A DNA stretch of 64,000 nucleotides from Octopus vulgaris (lineage: Eukaryota), in the NCBI GenBank assembly GCA_951406725.2, contig OX597832.1:61752001-61816000 (forward strand), written 5' to 3'. Positions 13,843-27,400 of the stretch are shown one piece after another (position 1 is the first letter of the stretch; every line of letters begins with the position of its first letter). The position numbers and the translations under genes were made by a program. The notes under the pieces were generated by a model. That model saw only the letters and a program-made list of their open reading frames with translations, ran no database searches and had not been told where the DNA came from.

Positions 13843-14644
13843 GAAAAAACAAGTCAAGATAGAAATTGCTAAAATAATTTTATAAAGAACATTTCAGTAC
13901 CGGCTTCGGTCATTTTGAAACCTTTTCAACTGTAACGATTAAATAATTAAATTTAGAAAAATTAAAAGAAAAGTTTTTTTAAAGGAATATTTGTATAGTG
14001 TTCAAATATAAGTGGCATTTTCCTTGTTTCTGCCTTTCTCTGTCTCTCTTGCTTGCACTTGTGTGTTCGCGGTCGTTGTGAATTCTTGGTAGGTAGAAGA
14101 AGAAGAAGGATGGTGAGGAGAAGGGTGGAAAAATTTGGGAGTGCCTTGATTGTCGTATTTTGAATGGTCAGTTGCAGTTCAATTCAGGAGAATATTTCTA
14201 TTGAAAGATTTGTTTATAGAATTTGCGTATCACTAATGCTTTTTAGTATAACTCCTACGCAAATTCTATAAACAAACCTTTCAATAGAAATATTCTCCTG
14301 AATTGAACTGCAACTGACCATTCAAACTACGACAATCAAGGCACTCCCAAATTTTTCCACCCCTTCTCCTCATCATCCCTCTTCTTCTTCTACCCTACCT
14401 AGAATTCACAACGACCTCGAACACACAAGTGCAAACAAGAGAGACAGAGAAAGGCAGAAACAAGGAAAATGCAACTTATATGTGAACACTATAAAAATAT
14501 TCCTTAAAAAAACTTTTCTTTTAATTTTTCTAAATTTAATTATTTAATCGTTACAGTTGAAAAGGTCTCAAAATGATCGAAGCCGGTACTGAAATGTTCT
14601 TTATAAAATTATTTTAGCATTTCTATCTTGACTTGTTTTTTCAT
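13841..14644. mobile_element. Long fold-back element (389-bp arms, 26-nt spacer) with hammerhead-like motif in each arm
   Basis: 13841-14229 is the inverted copy of 14256-14644 with a few percent divergence. TA flanks on both sides. Confidence 0.9.
14554..14591 (+). ncRNA. Type I hammerhead-like motif, U3-A8 variant core (mirror copy at 13895-13932, minus)
   Basis: cag-TTGAAAA-ggtc(tcaaaat)gatc-GAAG-ccgg-TA-ctg. Stem I is cag/ctg, the two arms give consensus stem II ggtc/gacc, and ccgg is palindromic. GAAA is changed to GAAG, so it is probably inactive now. Confidence 0.6.
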
Positions 14645-14676
14645 ATATATCAACTCGTGTGTTCCTTTTCACCCTT

Positions 14677-14727
<51 letters not shown>

Positions 14728-15194
14728 CTGGTTGCATTCATGTATAAGTATAATTCTGGTGTCATTTACTTGTAGCATATTCGACGGGCGCTTAGTGTGT
14801 GTGTCTGCCTCTGCTCATGTGAATACGTGTGTGTGTGTGTGTGTGCGTGTGTATGTGTATAAATTATGTGGAAGGCAACCGGGTGGTTTTTACCCGTAAT
14901 TCAAAGGTCTATCCATTTTTCTCAATATAATATCGGGCCCATTCGGATTCAGAATTACATTAGGGGTGTACATATCAATGGAATCCTGCTCACTTACCCA
15001 GTAATTTACTGAGCTGTTCATTAGAGTATTTGTTCTAATTTTGGTTCTGAATTCAAACCATACCAAGGTCAACTTTGTTATCTTTTCGAGGGGTCAATGA
15101 CATAACGTTATGAGGGTTGGACGGTAGATTCTCGGGTTAAACTAGGAATAAGTATCCCAAAAATATAACGACGGCTTATACACACACACACACA

Positions 15195-15350
15195 ATTGCG
15201 GCATGAATTGTGTTTTATAAACCATTGAAAAGCCATTTAAAAACACACAAAAACCGTTTGATTCCCTTCAACATTTAAATTAAATTTGTCGAAATATTTT
15301 CGTCAATTTGAAACCGCGACCTTTTCACTGACAAAATTCCGTGCTGCTTC
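15195..15350 (-). mobile_element. PLE-type terminal fragment with degenerate hammerhead motif
   Basis: The minus strand at 15284-15336 reads tttgtca-GTGAAAA-g-gtc...gac-GAAA-atat-TT-cgacaaa. Confidence 0.5.
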
Positions 15351-15394
15351 TGTGTTCGTGTATATATGTATACACGAACAACTAAATCATCGTA

Positions 15395-15612
15395 ATAACG
15401 GTTTCAAATTTTGGCACGGGGCTAGCAGTTTCGTGGGGAAGAGATAGGTTTAATTACATCGACCTCAGTGCTCGACAGGTACCCGTTCAATCGACCCTAG
15501 AACGGATGAAACACAAAGTGGCCCTCGATGGTATTTGCACTCTGATCGTCAAGACGGACGAAATGGTGCTAAGCATTTCGTCCAGCGCGGTAGCCATTCA
15601 GCCAGCTCTGTA
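15395..15612 (-). mobile_element. SINE family B, degraded
   Basis: Aligns with 61830-62060 (gagctggc head; catcc...gggtcgat...gtacc; ggtcgatgtaat). Confidence 0.75.
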
Positions 15613-15626
15613 GCTTTAAATCATCC

Positions 15627-15672
<46 letters not shown>

Positions 15673-15918
15673 AGAAGACATACTAAATTAAAGAATCGCG
15701 GGGTGTGGATTACAATTCTCACGTAATCTTTCGCTAAAATAACAGCTTAATACTCACAGAATTACTTCACTAGACAGAAATAAATACAGAAATAAATAAA
15801 TATAAATATGATACATAAAAAGTAAAAAAAAAAACAATATCTAAAAATCCAAATAATGTTATAAGTTATCTCAAACATCTTAAGTTGCATGTCTTATTTA
15901 TTTATGAATGTTTTTATT

Positions 15919-15949
<31 letters not shown>

Positions 15950-16610
15950 TATTACCTAATGGGTTCTTCTCTCTGATTGTCTACGATTCTGGTATATATT
16001 ATATATGCCCACTATATGTGAATAGGCTTGCGTCAATATACATACATACATACATACATACATACATACATACATACATACATACATACATACATGTGTA
16101 TATGTGTGTGTATATATATATATATGCGTCACGTACGTGTATACGAGCATACACGTGTGCACACGCGCATTCACGGTGCTATGTACGTTAATATAATATT
16201 AATCTTTATGCTGAGATTGGCGCCTATTCAGGAAGAGACTACGCGCAGGCTTTCCTTGTCCATTCGTAGTTTTGTTGATAAATATGTATGTGCATGTATG
16301 TGTGCATACATACATATTTAGTCATGCCTCTACCTACCTACCTACCTACCTACCTACCTACCTACCTACCTACCGACTTACATATCTATCTATCTATCTA
16401 TCTATCTATCCATGTGTGTATGTGTGTGTATTTGTTTAGGTATGTATATGGGTGAATGAGCATACCAAAGTACATCATCATATACATATATATACATACA
16501 AATATTTATATATATGTGTGTGTGTGTGTTTATATATATATATCGATATATCCATATGCATATGTATATATGTATATATATGTGTGTATATATATGTACA
16601 TTCATATATG

Positions 16611-16641
<31 letters not shown>

Positions 16642-16696
16642 GTCTATGTATATATATATACATATTAAGCATAAATATATGAATATATACACACAA

Positions 16697-16776
<80 letters not shown>

Positions 16777-16815
16777 ATACAAATATACATATATACATAT
16801 ATATATATATTAATG

Positions 16816-16861
<46 letters not shown>

Positions 16862-17099
16862 TATGTATGTATGTATGTATGTATGACTAAAGACGTGCAC
16901 CCGTACATAGAACCATGCATATTTATATATAAGCCATCGATATAAAGTGTTGAATGCATTAGTCTTATTTTAATTGTTTTATTTTGTATCTTCTTTTATT
17001 TTTATTTTCTCTGATGTCAGTCTGAAACGACGTACCTCTGTAGGGGAGCGAGGGAATAAGAACAACCGTGACCAAATGGCATAATCGTAATACTGAAAG

Positions 17100-17147
17100 C
17101 AATGATGAGGGCGTAGGAGATGATGATGATGATGATGATGTTGTTGG

Positions 17148-17183
<36 letters not shown>

Positions 17184-17372
17184 CGACGATGGCGATGATG
17201 ATGATGACGATGGCGATGATGATGATGATGATGACGATGGCGATGGTGTTGATGATGATGCTAATGTTGATGATGATGATGTTGATTATGATAATGATGA
17301 TGATGATGTTGATGACCATGATAATAACAATGTTGATGATGCATCATCATGACGACGACGACGATGATGATG
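17100..17372. repeat. Imperfect (GAT)n microsatellite
   Basis: Directly visible; it generates spurious poly-D/M/I ORFs. Confidence 0.95.
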
Positions 17373-18044
17373 AGAATGTGGAGGAAAAGAATAGTCTTTA
17401 CCAGTTATTATTAGTTTTTACCTTCTAAGGCGAAAATCCTATTGAGCTGAAGCTTCATCTTTTACCCTTCTTGGATCGATAAAATGTTATTGAACTATTG
17501 GATTGAGAATGTCATCAAGTCTAAAACATTACCCCTCCACCATCACCATTACCACCACCTCACCCCTCACAAATCTGCGGCTTTAGATGGGGGCTTTATG
17601 GGGGGTAATTTTCCTAGTGTACAAGGGCATGTGTGTGTATGGTGGGGTGTTGTCAGTTCCAAGATCGCACGTTGTGTTCCTGAGCAAAACACTTCATTTC
17701 AGTAGGTTCTGGCCAATCGGCTGCAGACATGTTCCACTAAGAGGTAGAAGGTCAAACGCCTGCGAAAATGGACTTGAATACCGTCCAGCAAGCGGGATGG
17801 GGATGCGGGTGGGGTGGGAGTGTGGAAAGGGTTTGGGTTGCAGTCTCTTTCATTCAATGGCAACATGATAGAGCCCTAAGGTATCCCCAGATTCGCTTCT
17901 GAGTCTTTCCACTGACTTGTGCAGGATTGACTGACTATTGGATGTGTATGTGTATGTATGTATGTATTTATCTACATATATATATGTGTGTGTACATATA
18001 TATGTGATATATATGTATATATATATATATATGTTGTTTGTTGT

Positions 18045-18305
18045 TGTTTGTTCCTTCTCGAGCCATGCCTGGCTCATAGGGCTGGTTTCCCGGTTTCCTT
18101 GGCGTATAGGTTCCCCACCTGGACGGGACGCCGGTCTGTCCTAATTGAGCTGCAAGATGCAGAAAGAAAGAGTGAAAGAAAATTTTGACGAAAAACTCAG
18201 CAAAATTTCGCTATTACCTTCTGCCGGAGCCGTGTGGAGCTTAGGTGTTTCGCTCATAAACATACACATCGCCCCGTCTGAGATTCGAACCCGCGATCCC
18301 CCATC
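18045..18305 (-). mobile_element. SINE family C variant with a different 3' tail
   Basis: gagattcgaacccgcgatc B-box region and a gccggagccgtgtggagcttaggtgttt body as in 49878-50175, but the tail at 18045-18140 is unrelated. Confidence 0.7.
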
Positions 18306-19062
18306 GTAATCTCAACATTTCTTCTAGCAACCCGTGTACATAATTCATGATTCAGTAACCGAGCACCGCATGAAACAAAGACACAGTGACAAGATGTTGT
18401 CAAGTTTTGTTTTCGGAATATAAAAGCTTCCCAGCTTTCTTAGTATATTGTGTATATTTATGGATCTGCAGTTATAAAGTCCCTCTCTAAGCTACAGACC
18501 GGAACAATTTTATGTTGTTTTCTTTTTTTCCCCAGAGAAGGATATCTGCTGGAAACATCGTTCCCGGTGTAGCCCATAAAATATTATATAAGCGCCATGT
18601 TATGGACCTTGTTGCAGAAAAACAGAAGGATTTCTGTCAGACGACAGACAACCGGAACAAACACGCAAGACCGCCCATCATTGTTATAATCCCTAGGATA
18701 ATGCCGTCTCTAATCCTAGGAGCCAAAGGGATATTTACCTGGTTTCCATGGCGTATAAGTGATTGAGTTTATCGAGATTACATGATAGCCCGGCGTACGG
18801 TTACTCATAACTGAATCGACTGCAGCATCGTGGATTGAAGTGTTTTGTCCAAGAACGCAACAACACACCGTTTCCACAATATTTCACCAATTTATCACCG
18901 GAAAAACTATCGCGTTAACATAAAAGGCAAATAAATAAATAAATAAGGACGACGACAGAGTTTGAATTTAAGCCATGCAGCGCTGGTACAAATATCGCAA
19001 AGCATTCCACCCGAAATGGTAACAACCATATTAGTATAAATTGTCCGTCCTGCTGCAGAAGC

Positions 19063-19941
19063 AGGCGCAGGCGTGGCTGTGTGGTAACAAATTTCCTTCC
19101 CAACCACATGGTTTCAGGTTCAGTCCAATTCCGTGCTACCTTCTACTATAGCTTCGGGCCGACCATGCTGGAGCACCGCCTTTAAAGTGTTTTAGTTGAA
19201 GAAATCAACACCAGGATTTATTTTTTGTTAGCTTAGAACTTATTCTATCGGTCTCTTCTTACGAAACCGTATGTTACTGGGATATAAACACACCAACATT
19301 GGTTGTAAATCGATGGTGGGGCAGACAAACACAGACACAAAGGCACACGTGGATAAATAAATACCTTACTTACCAACCACATGGTTCCGGGTTCAGTCAC
19401 ATTGTGTGGCACATTGGGCAAGTGACTTCTACTATAACCTCAGACAGATCAAAGCCTTGTGAGTGGATTTTGATGACGGAAATATGTTTGCGTGTATATA
19501 TATATATATGTATATATGTATCTGTTTGCGTGTCTGTGTTTGTCTCCCCACCGTTGCTTGACAATCGATCCTGATGTGTTTACGTTCGCATAACTTAGCG
19601 GTTCGGCAAAATAAACAAATAGAACAAGTACTAGGCTTTCAAAGAATAGGTCCTGGGGTCGATTTGTTCGACTAAAGGCTGTGCACCAGCATGGCCGCAG
19701 TCAAATGAAATAAAAGAATAAAAGAATATATATATAAATATATATATATATATGTGTGTGTGTATGGCGGGATTCTTTCAGTTTCCGTCTACCAAATCCA
19801 CTCACAAAGCTTTGGTTGTCCCGAGGCCATAGTAGATGACACTTGCCCAAGGTGCTCCACAGTGGGACTGAAACACGAACCATACTTGAGAAGCTAGCTT
19901 CTTGCCACTCAACCACGCCTATACATATATGTGCGTGTGTT

Positions 19942-20000
<59 letters not shown>

Positions 20001-20130
20001 GTGTGTGTGTGCTACTTAACAACCGGTTTTGGTTAGTTTACGTCCCTGTAACTTACCAGTTCAGCAAAAGTGAGCGACGAAATTACTACCAGGCTTAGAA
20101 AAAAAAGAGTATTCCTGCTTTGTCCGACTA
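19063..20130. mobile_element. Cluster of five SINE-A copies or fragments in alternating orientation
   Basis: About 19063-19160 +, 19160-19345 -, 19365-19725 +, 19760-19922 -, 20010-20130 +. Confidence 0.85.
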
Positions 20131-20133
20131 AAA

Positions 20134-20432
20134 CATAGGATCTCAAAGTGGGCGTTGAGACGGTCCAGGTGGGTACTGGTGCATAAGGGGGCAGTGGGTG
20201 TGGTATAGAAAAAGGAAGCGTTTTGAGGAAGCCATGAATTGGAGGACGCTATGAATATATTATGATATTATCATTATATTGTATAATATTATCTAAATAT
20301 CAAATGATTTCTAGTATATATAAATTAGGAAGATATAAAATATTTCTTTATACATAAAAATAGCGGACGGGGCGCTGAGGGTATTATACGGCCATGATGG
20401 GGGCAGTGGCCCAAAAAGTTTGAGAACCTCAG
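20134..20432. mobile_element. hAT (Charlie-like) MITE, degraded
   Basis: Termini ..ggatctcaaa / tttgagaacctc resemble CAGxGGTTCTCAAA hAT TIRs; subterminal GGGGC repeats are present. Confidence 0.55.
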
Positions 20433-20504
20433 GACTAAAACCTACGAGAGGGTTGCCCGGTGTGGCCGCAGTTTAATGACTTCAGCAAGTTAGAAATAAA
20501 ATAC

Positions 20505-20705
20505 CAAAGGTAAAGCCATAAAGCCTGAAATTTTGTGGGGAGACGGGGCAAGGAAATGGTTGATTACTTCAACTGGTAAGTGGTAGTTATTTAATCGACT
20601 CCGAATGGATGAAAGGAAAAGTCAGCCTCAGCAGAATTTTGAACTTACATGGAAAAGACGGACGAAATGCTGCTCAGCACTTTGTCCGGCGTGCCAGCAA
20701 CTCTG
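20505..20705 (-). mobile_element. SINE family B, degraded
   Basis: ggatgaaagg..aagtcagcctcagcagaatttgaact...cggcgtgccagc matches the family B reverse complement. Confidence 0.75.
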
Positions 20706-20706
20706 A

Positions 20707-20759
<53 letters not shown>

Positions 20760-20861
20760 TTAATAATAATAATATTAATAATAATAATAGTAGTAGTAGT
20801 AGTAGTAATAATAATGATGATGATGATGATGATAATAATAATATTAATAATAATAATAATG

Positions 20862-20893
<32 letters not shown>

Positions 20894-20922
20894 GATGATG
20901 ATGATGATGATGATAATAATAA

Positions 20923-21869
20923 TTTCGTTTATTTTCCACGAGGGCGAAGGATGAGGGGGACAATACAGAGACAGACATAAAGTGCGGGTGTGGGGTGGGG
21001 GGTTACGTATATACGGTATACACTGGAAAAGACATGTACATAGCATACAAAGGTAAGAAAATAAGGTGTGATAGAGAGGACGATAGAGGTGTGGCTCACC
21101 TGATACAGGAACGCTTCTAGGGATAACCAGGGTCCCCCACTGACCGAGATTTCCCTGAAAGCATAGGATCATGTGCCCTTTCCACTTCCTTCTCTCTGAT
21201 TCACAGGTCTACAGTTAGAGAGGTACAATCCATTCTTGCTTTGTTCGCAACTTTCACCCACCTTTCAATAAACTCACTCATGGATAGCACTTCTTTCTCC
21301 TCACACAATTTCTTTTTCAAGTGAAACTTAAAGAAGTCAATGAGAGCTCTACCAAAGAGGAATGTATCTGTCTTTCAGCCTTGTCCACCAAACAACCTCT
21401 TTCGCCACAGCCACCAAGCAAAGGAAAACAGCCTTGCCTGCCCGATTGAAGGAGGGTCGAGTTCCGATCATCACTAGAGTCTCGGCCGACAGACGGATCC
21501 GTCCTACACGTGACAGCAGTCACGTATAGGACGGATTGTGGGATTGACAGCAGTAAACCTCACAAGTCAGCATGCCGGACGCTGAATGAGGGCGTGCAGA
21601 ACGGTTTCGTCACTCTGCGTGAACCTCAGTCGAAACTTGAAGAAATCAATGAGACCTCTACCAAAGATGAATGTATCTGTCCTCATGCCTTTCAGTCTCG
21701 TCCATCAAATAAATTTCTTTCGCCTCAGCCACGAGCAAAGGAAAACTGCCTTGCCTTCCCAATTACAGGAGGGCAGTGGAGCAACCATCACTAGCGACTC
21801 AGCCTATAGACGGATCCGTCCTGCACATGAGTGTAACTGTTCGACATAACCCCACAAGTCGGGAATGCC

Positions 21870-21870
<1 letters not shown>
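20923..21870 (-). mobile_element. Tx1/L1-like LINE 3' end (ORF2 C-terminus plus 3' UTR) with a second diverged C-terminal segment in tandem, in (TAA)n
   Basis: The minus strand reads ...KAVFLCLVAVAKEVVWWTRLK / FFKFHLKKKL...EFIERWVKV...DL* (stop at 21201-21203), an AKxxIWxxR...FxxRW pattern typical of Tx1/L1 ORF2 ends. About 21630-21830 repeats about 21320-21520. Confidence 0.7.
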
Positions 21871-21929
<59 letters not shown>

Positions 21930-22129
21930 CAACAACAACAACAACAATAACATCAACAACAACAACAATAATAATACAAACGAACATCTCTAGAAAATTG
22001 AAAAACTTTAATATCTATATCTTCAAGGGGTGTTACCTTAGTTCAGCTGGTAGTGAACAGCTGGCACCGTAGTACATCCCCAGCGTTAGAAGCTGTGCAA
22101 AGACAATAAATAAGAATACTAATAAAATT

Positions 22130-22322
22130 TTAACTGGGCCCCACCTAAAAAGTTATGCACAGTTTATCATGATATAAGGTCACCACACCGCGCACATATG
22201 GTTGTGACATATGTACCTGGTGCACTCATATCAGATGGGTAGTCATGATGGGTAGACTGAGTTTCGTATAGCTTACCCCTGTGTCACATTGATGGCGTGC
22301 CCTGCTCGCTCACTCAATAAAA
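22130..22322 (+). mobile_element. 3' fragment of the TAA-associated 555-bp non-coding element
   Basis: Reverse complement of about 59090-59280 (gggtagtcatgatgggta...gctcgctcactcaataa). Confidence 0.8.
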
Positions 22323-22344
22323 ATGATAATATTAATAATAATGT

Positions 22345-22535
22345 TGTCAAAAAGCCAGCAATTTTGAGGGCACTGGGTTTATCTACCCCAGTGTTGAATT
22401 TGTGAGTATTTTACCGATCCTCAAGGATGAACTGTAAAGTCAATCTGAACAGAAATTTGAACACAGGTGTAAACACACGAATTCCCGCTAAGATTATTGT
22501 CCAGCGCGCTTACGATTCTCCAAGCTCGCCACCTT
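22345..22535 (-). mobile_element. SINE family B, degraded
   Basis: ggatgaa..taaagtcaatc..aaatttgaac...gtccagcgcgcttacgattctccaagctcgcc. Confidence 0.65.
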
Positions 22536-22931
22536 TCTAGCAATATAAATTATGCAAATGAACTTGACTAAATAAGGTGTTTAGCTAGTCAGCCTAGTGA
22601 TTATGTAAAACAACTTGTATATGTTGCACGATGAGAGATTAGTCACTCGCTTGTCTTTGTCGTCGTCGTCTGTGAATAGTTGCTAAGATGACGTCATTGA
22701 TATTAGGGCGGAGAGACTGTTGCATTGCAAACGGAGAAAAAAAAAGGAAAAAAAGTGGAGGGTGACGGAGAGAAAGTAAATGTCGTAATGCTACGACACA
22801 ATGTGTCAGAGTGTGAAGACGAGATGTATACGAATGGATATACATAGGTGTATGTAAAAATATGTGCGTGTATATATATATATATATATATATACATATA
22901 CACATCCATTCACACGCACCATATACGAACA

Positions 22932-22988
<57 letters not shown>

Positions 22989-23107
22989 ATATAGATATAT
23001 TATATGTACAAATATGTATGTATATATATATAGATATATATTTATACATATATCATATATATATATATATATACACATAAATACATACATATAGGTATAC
23101 ACACACA

Positions 23108-23166
<59 letters not shown>

Positions 23167-23405
23167 GCATATATGTATGTCTATATGTTTCGTTATGTGT
23201 ATGTAAATTACCTTTGAACACTCTTTCAACTCGGAAATATCAAAGATCAAAGATTATCGATATATATTCAATGATTTACTGGGAGATCAATATTGGAATC
23301 TATCCAAATTTACATCCTTTTTTACTCCCAGCCGAGATGACCAAACTCGACATCAAGTGACCATCTGCTCACGACAAATATCTATAATAATTCATATACA
23401 TGCAC

Positions 23406-23436
<31 letters not shown>

Positions 23437-23451
23437 TTTATATTTATACAT

Positions 23452-23536
<85 letters not shown>

Positions 23537-23751
23537 AACATTTGTATACATACACACATATAATGAGAGAGAGAGAGAAAGAAAGAGAGTGTGATACAGA
23601 GAAAGGCAGAGACAGAAATAGATAGATAGAGAGATAAACCGATGAAGTCTGTCAGATGAACCCAGAAAGACAGACGGAAAGAATGGAAATAGATTTAAAG
23701 AATAAATCCTAAGTTATGAATAGATACACACACACACACATACATGTGTGC

Positions 23752-23816
<65 letters not shown>

Positions 23817-23942
23817 TACATATATGTATATGAATGTATATATATATATATATGAATGTATGGAGGGAAAAGAATAAACACAAAATGGCTATACATGCAA
23901 ATATAATACGATCGAGTATTCATAAATAAAATGCAGAGGGAA

Positions 23943-24002
<60 letters not shown>

Positions 24003-24161
24003 ACATAATATACATCCATACATACATACCTATATACACATAGACTCTCATACACAAAAGCACGTTGGGCTAATGTAAACATATGGACAAAATACAGGTC
24101 ATAAAGGAAGAGTGTAAGCAAATATACAAATGTACACATACGCAGGCACACACTTACATAC

Positions 24162-24195
<34 letters not shown>

Positions 24196-24591
24196 GTTTA
24201 CATTTGTATGCTTCATTCCATGCATGTATTCATGCAGATAAATATACATGCAAAAGGAAGCTCAGGTAAACATTTGTAAAGCGTTTAGATGTATGATCAA
24301 ATATATATAATTCAGAGAATGTATTTTTCTCCAAACTCCGACAATGCACAGGTATTAAATGCATAAAACAAATTTATGGACATATATATATATATATATT
24401 CATATACACACATTAATATATATGTATATATACATCAGTATAAGTAGGCGAATGCATACGTGCGGATATCTATTGGTTTGTAGGGGGAACTGTCCGCTTG
24501 CTCATATGAGAAAAACGTGAAATATGCATGTATTTATGTATGTATGTATGTATGTATGTATATATATATAGATAAATATATATTTTTTATT

Positions 24592-24795
24592 TTATCTAGT
24601 TTCAGCTCACGAGCTGTGGCTATGCCGGGGCACCGCCGATCGGTGTTGCTACATGGTTTTACTTCACGATTGATTTTTGGCAATTGCCATTTGGTGCATG
24701 AGAAAGTTCGATGCAGCTGCCCTCATCTGCCCCACCTGCCGTGAACTTGGTTCATCTGGGACACCTGACAGAAAGAGATCCAGTTTTATTTTAAA
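24592..24795 (-). mobile_element. CR1-group LINE 3' end fragment
   Basis: Homologous to 12757-12955 (ctagtttcagctcacgagctgtggc...ggttcatctgggacacctgacagaaag). Confidence 0.9.
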
Positions 24796-24834
24796 GACAT
24801 ACATATACATATGTGTGTGTGTGTGTGTGTGTGT

Positions 24835-24970
24835 AGGATTGCTTCATGGTTAAGTAGCTTGCTTCCCAACAACATGGTTCCGGGTTCAGCAAATATCTTC
24901 TACTATAGCCTCGGGCCGCCCAAAGCCTTGTGAGTGGATTTGGTAGACGAAAACTGAAAGAAGCCCGTCG

Positions 24971-25044
<74 letters not shown>

Positions 25045-25055
25045 CATATATAACA

Positions 25056-25113
<58 letters not shown>

Positions 25114-25688
25114 CATACTTATATGTATTTATATTTAATTTTTACTCCGCAGCCATACTGGGGCTAAATCTCAAAGAATTTTAGTCTGGCATCTTGGGCA
25201 AGTGTCTTCTGCTATAGCCCCGGGCCGACCAATGCCTTGTGAGTGGATTTGGTAGACGGAAACTGAAAGAAGCCTGTCGTATATATGTATATATATATGT
25301 ATGTGTGTGTTTGTGTGTCAGCTGTGTTTGTTCCCCTAGCATTGCTTGACAACCGATGCTGGTGTGTTTACGTCCCCGTCACCTAGCGGTTCGGCAAAAG
25401 AGACCGATAGAATAAGTACTGGGCTTACAAAGAATAAGTCCCGGGGTCGATTTGCTCGACTAAAGGCGGTGCTCCAGCATGGCCGCAGTCAAAATGACTG
25501 AAACAAATAACAGAGTAAGTAAATAAACCCCAAAATTATTATTTTTTTTATCAAGCCACTCGTAGCTGAACCGCTGTTATGGGGATGTAAGCATTCCAGC
25601 CCCAGTTGTTAAGCGGTGGTAAGGGAGAAACACAAATACAAAAACACATATACACACACACATAAATGAATATATACGTGTACATATA

Positions 25689-25743
<55 letters not shown>

Positions 25744-25920
25744 AGAGGGAGAGAGTGTGTACGCGACGGGCATCCAGTTTCCATGTACAAAATCCTCTCA
25801 CAAGCGTTTAGTCGACCCAAGGTTATAGCAGACGTTACTTACTCAAGGTGCAACGTGGTGGGATTGAAACTGGAGCTATGTGGCTGGGAAGCAAACTTGT
25901 TACCACACTTTCACACCTGT
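24835..25920. mobile_element. SINE-A cluster
   Basis: About 24835-24975 +, 25188-25520 + (near consensus), 25525-25920 - (degraded). Confidence 0.85.
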
Positions 25921-25998
25921 AACTATACATAACCTACCTTTAATTATATACAACTTTCTACATAGATATATGTAGTTGCATTTACTTCTCTATACATG

Positions 25999-26062
<64 letters not shown>

Positions 26063-26129
26063 ATTGATTGGGTATTATCTGATGGTTGATGATTGATTGA
26101 TTTAAGTATGTTTCTCCATTTTCTCATTT

Positions 26130-26196
<67 letters not shown>

Positions 26197-26199
26197 ATT

Positions 26200-26706
26200 A
26201 TTTATTCTTTTATTCTTTTACTTGTTTCAGTCATTTGAATACGGCTATGCTGGAGCACTGGCTTTAGTCAAACAAATCGACCCCAGGACCTTTTCTTTAT
26301 AACCCTAGTCTCTTTTGACGAATCGCGCTCTAAGTTACGGGGATATAAACACACCAACATTGGTTGTCAAGCGATTGTGGGAGGACAAACACAGACACAC
26401 ACACACATGCACACACACAAACACACACACACACACACACATATATATACGACGGGTTTCTTTCAGTTTCCCTCTACCAAATCCACTCACAAGGCTTTGG
26501 TCGGCCCGAGGCTACAGTTGAAGACACTTGGCCATGGTGCCACGCAGAGGGACTGAACAAACTACTTACAACACAGCCATGCCTGCATCTTTTATACACA
26601 CACATATATATATATTTATATTTATATTTGTGTCGGGGGCGTAAGCACATCGACACCGGTTGTCAAGCGGTGATGGGGTGAAAACAAACCCAATCATCGC
26701 CTCCGC

Positions 26707-26742
<36 letters not shown>

Positions 26743-27185
26743 CGACGGGTTTCTTTCAGTTTCCCTCTACCAAATCCACTCACAAGGCTTTGGTCGGCCC
26801 GAGGCTACAGTTGAAGACACTTGGCCATGGTGCCACGCAGAGGAACTGAACAAACTACTTACAACACAGCCATGCCTGCATCTTTTATACACACACATAT
26901 ATATATATTTATATTTATATTTGTGTGTGTGTGTGTGTGTGTGTGTATAATAAATTCTCGTATATTCTATCTTTCGTCTTTCATTTGCAATATGTATATG
27001 TATTTATATTCGTTCATTCTTTTACTTTCAGTTATTTGATTGCGGTCATGTTGGAGCACAGCCTTGAAGGATTTTTCGTCGAATGAACCTGTTTGCCGAA
27101 CCAATAAAGTTACGGGGGCGTAAGCACATCGACACCGGTTGTCAAGCGGTGATGGGGTGAAAACAAACCCAATCATCGCCTCCGC

Positions 27186-27221
<36 letters not shown>

Positions 27222-27370
27222 CGATGGTCTTCTTTATGTCTCTGTCTATTAAATCCATTGACAAGGCTTTTGTCAACCTGGGGCTATAGATGAAGGCACT
27301 GGCGCAAGGTGCCACGCGTGGGACAAGAACCGGAAACATCTGGTTGAGAAGCAAGTTTCTTACCACCTTG
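26200..27370 (-). mobile_element. Three tandem SINE-A copies with recent local duplication (A-B-A'-C-B')
   Basis: 26440-26632 equals 26735-26925 (1 mismatch seen); 26635-26745 equals 27115-27225. Confidence 0.85.
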
Positions 27371-27400
27371 ATATTCATGCAATATTTTGCTCACAGATTC

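Noticed and set aside
17068-17428. Poly-Asp and poly-Met ORFs resembling acidic biomineral proteins
   Set aside because: This is an imperfect (GAT)n tract with no signal peptide or splice context.
18512-18766. Strong pyrimidine tract plus CAG followed by an open frame
   Set aside because: There is no clear donor, the frame ends in a degraded repeat, and the peptide is not recognised.
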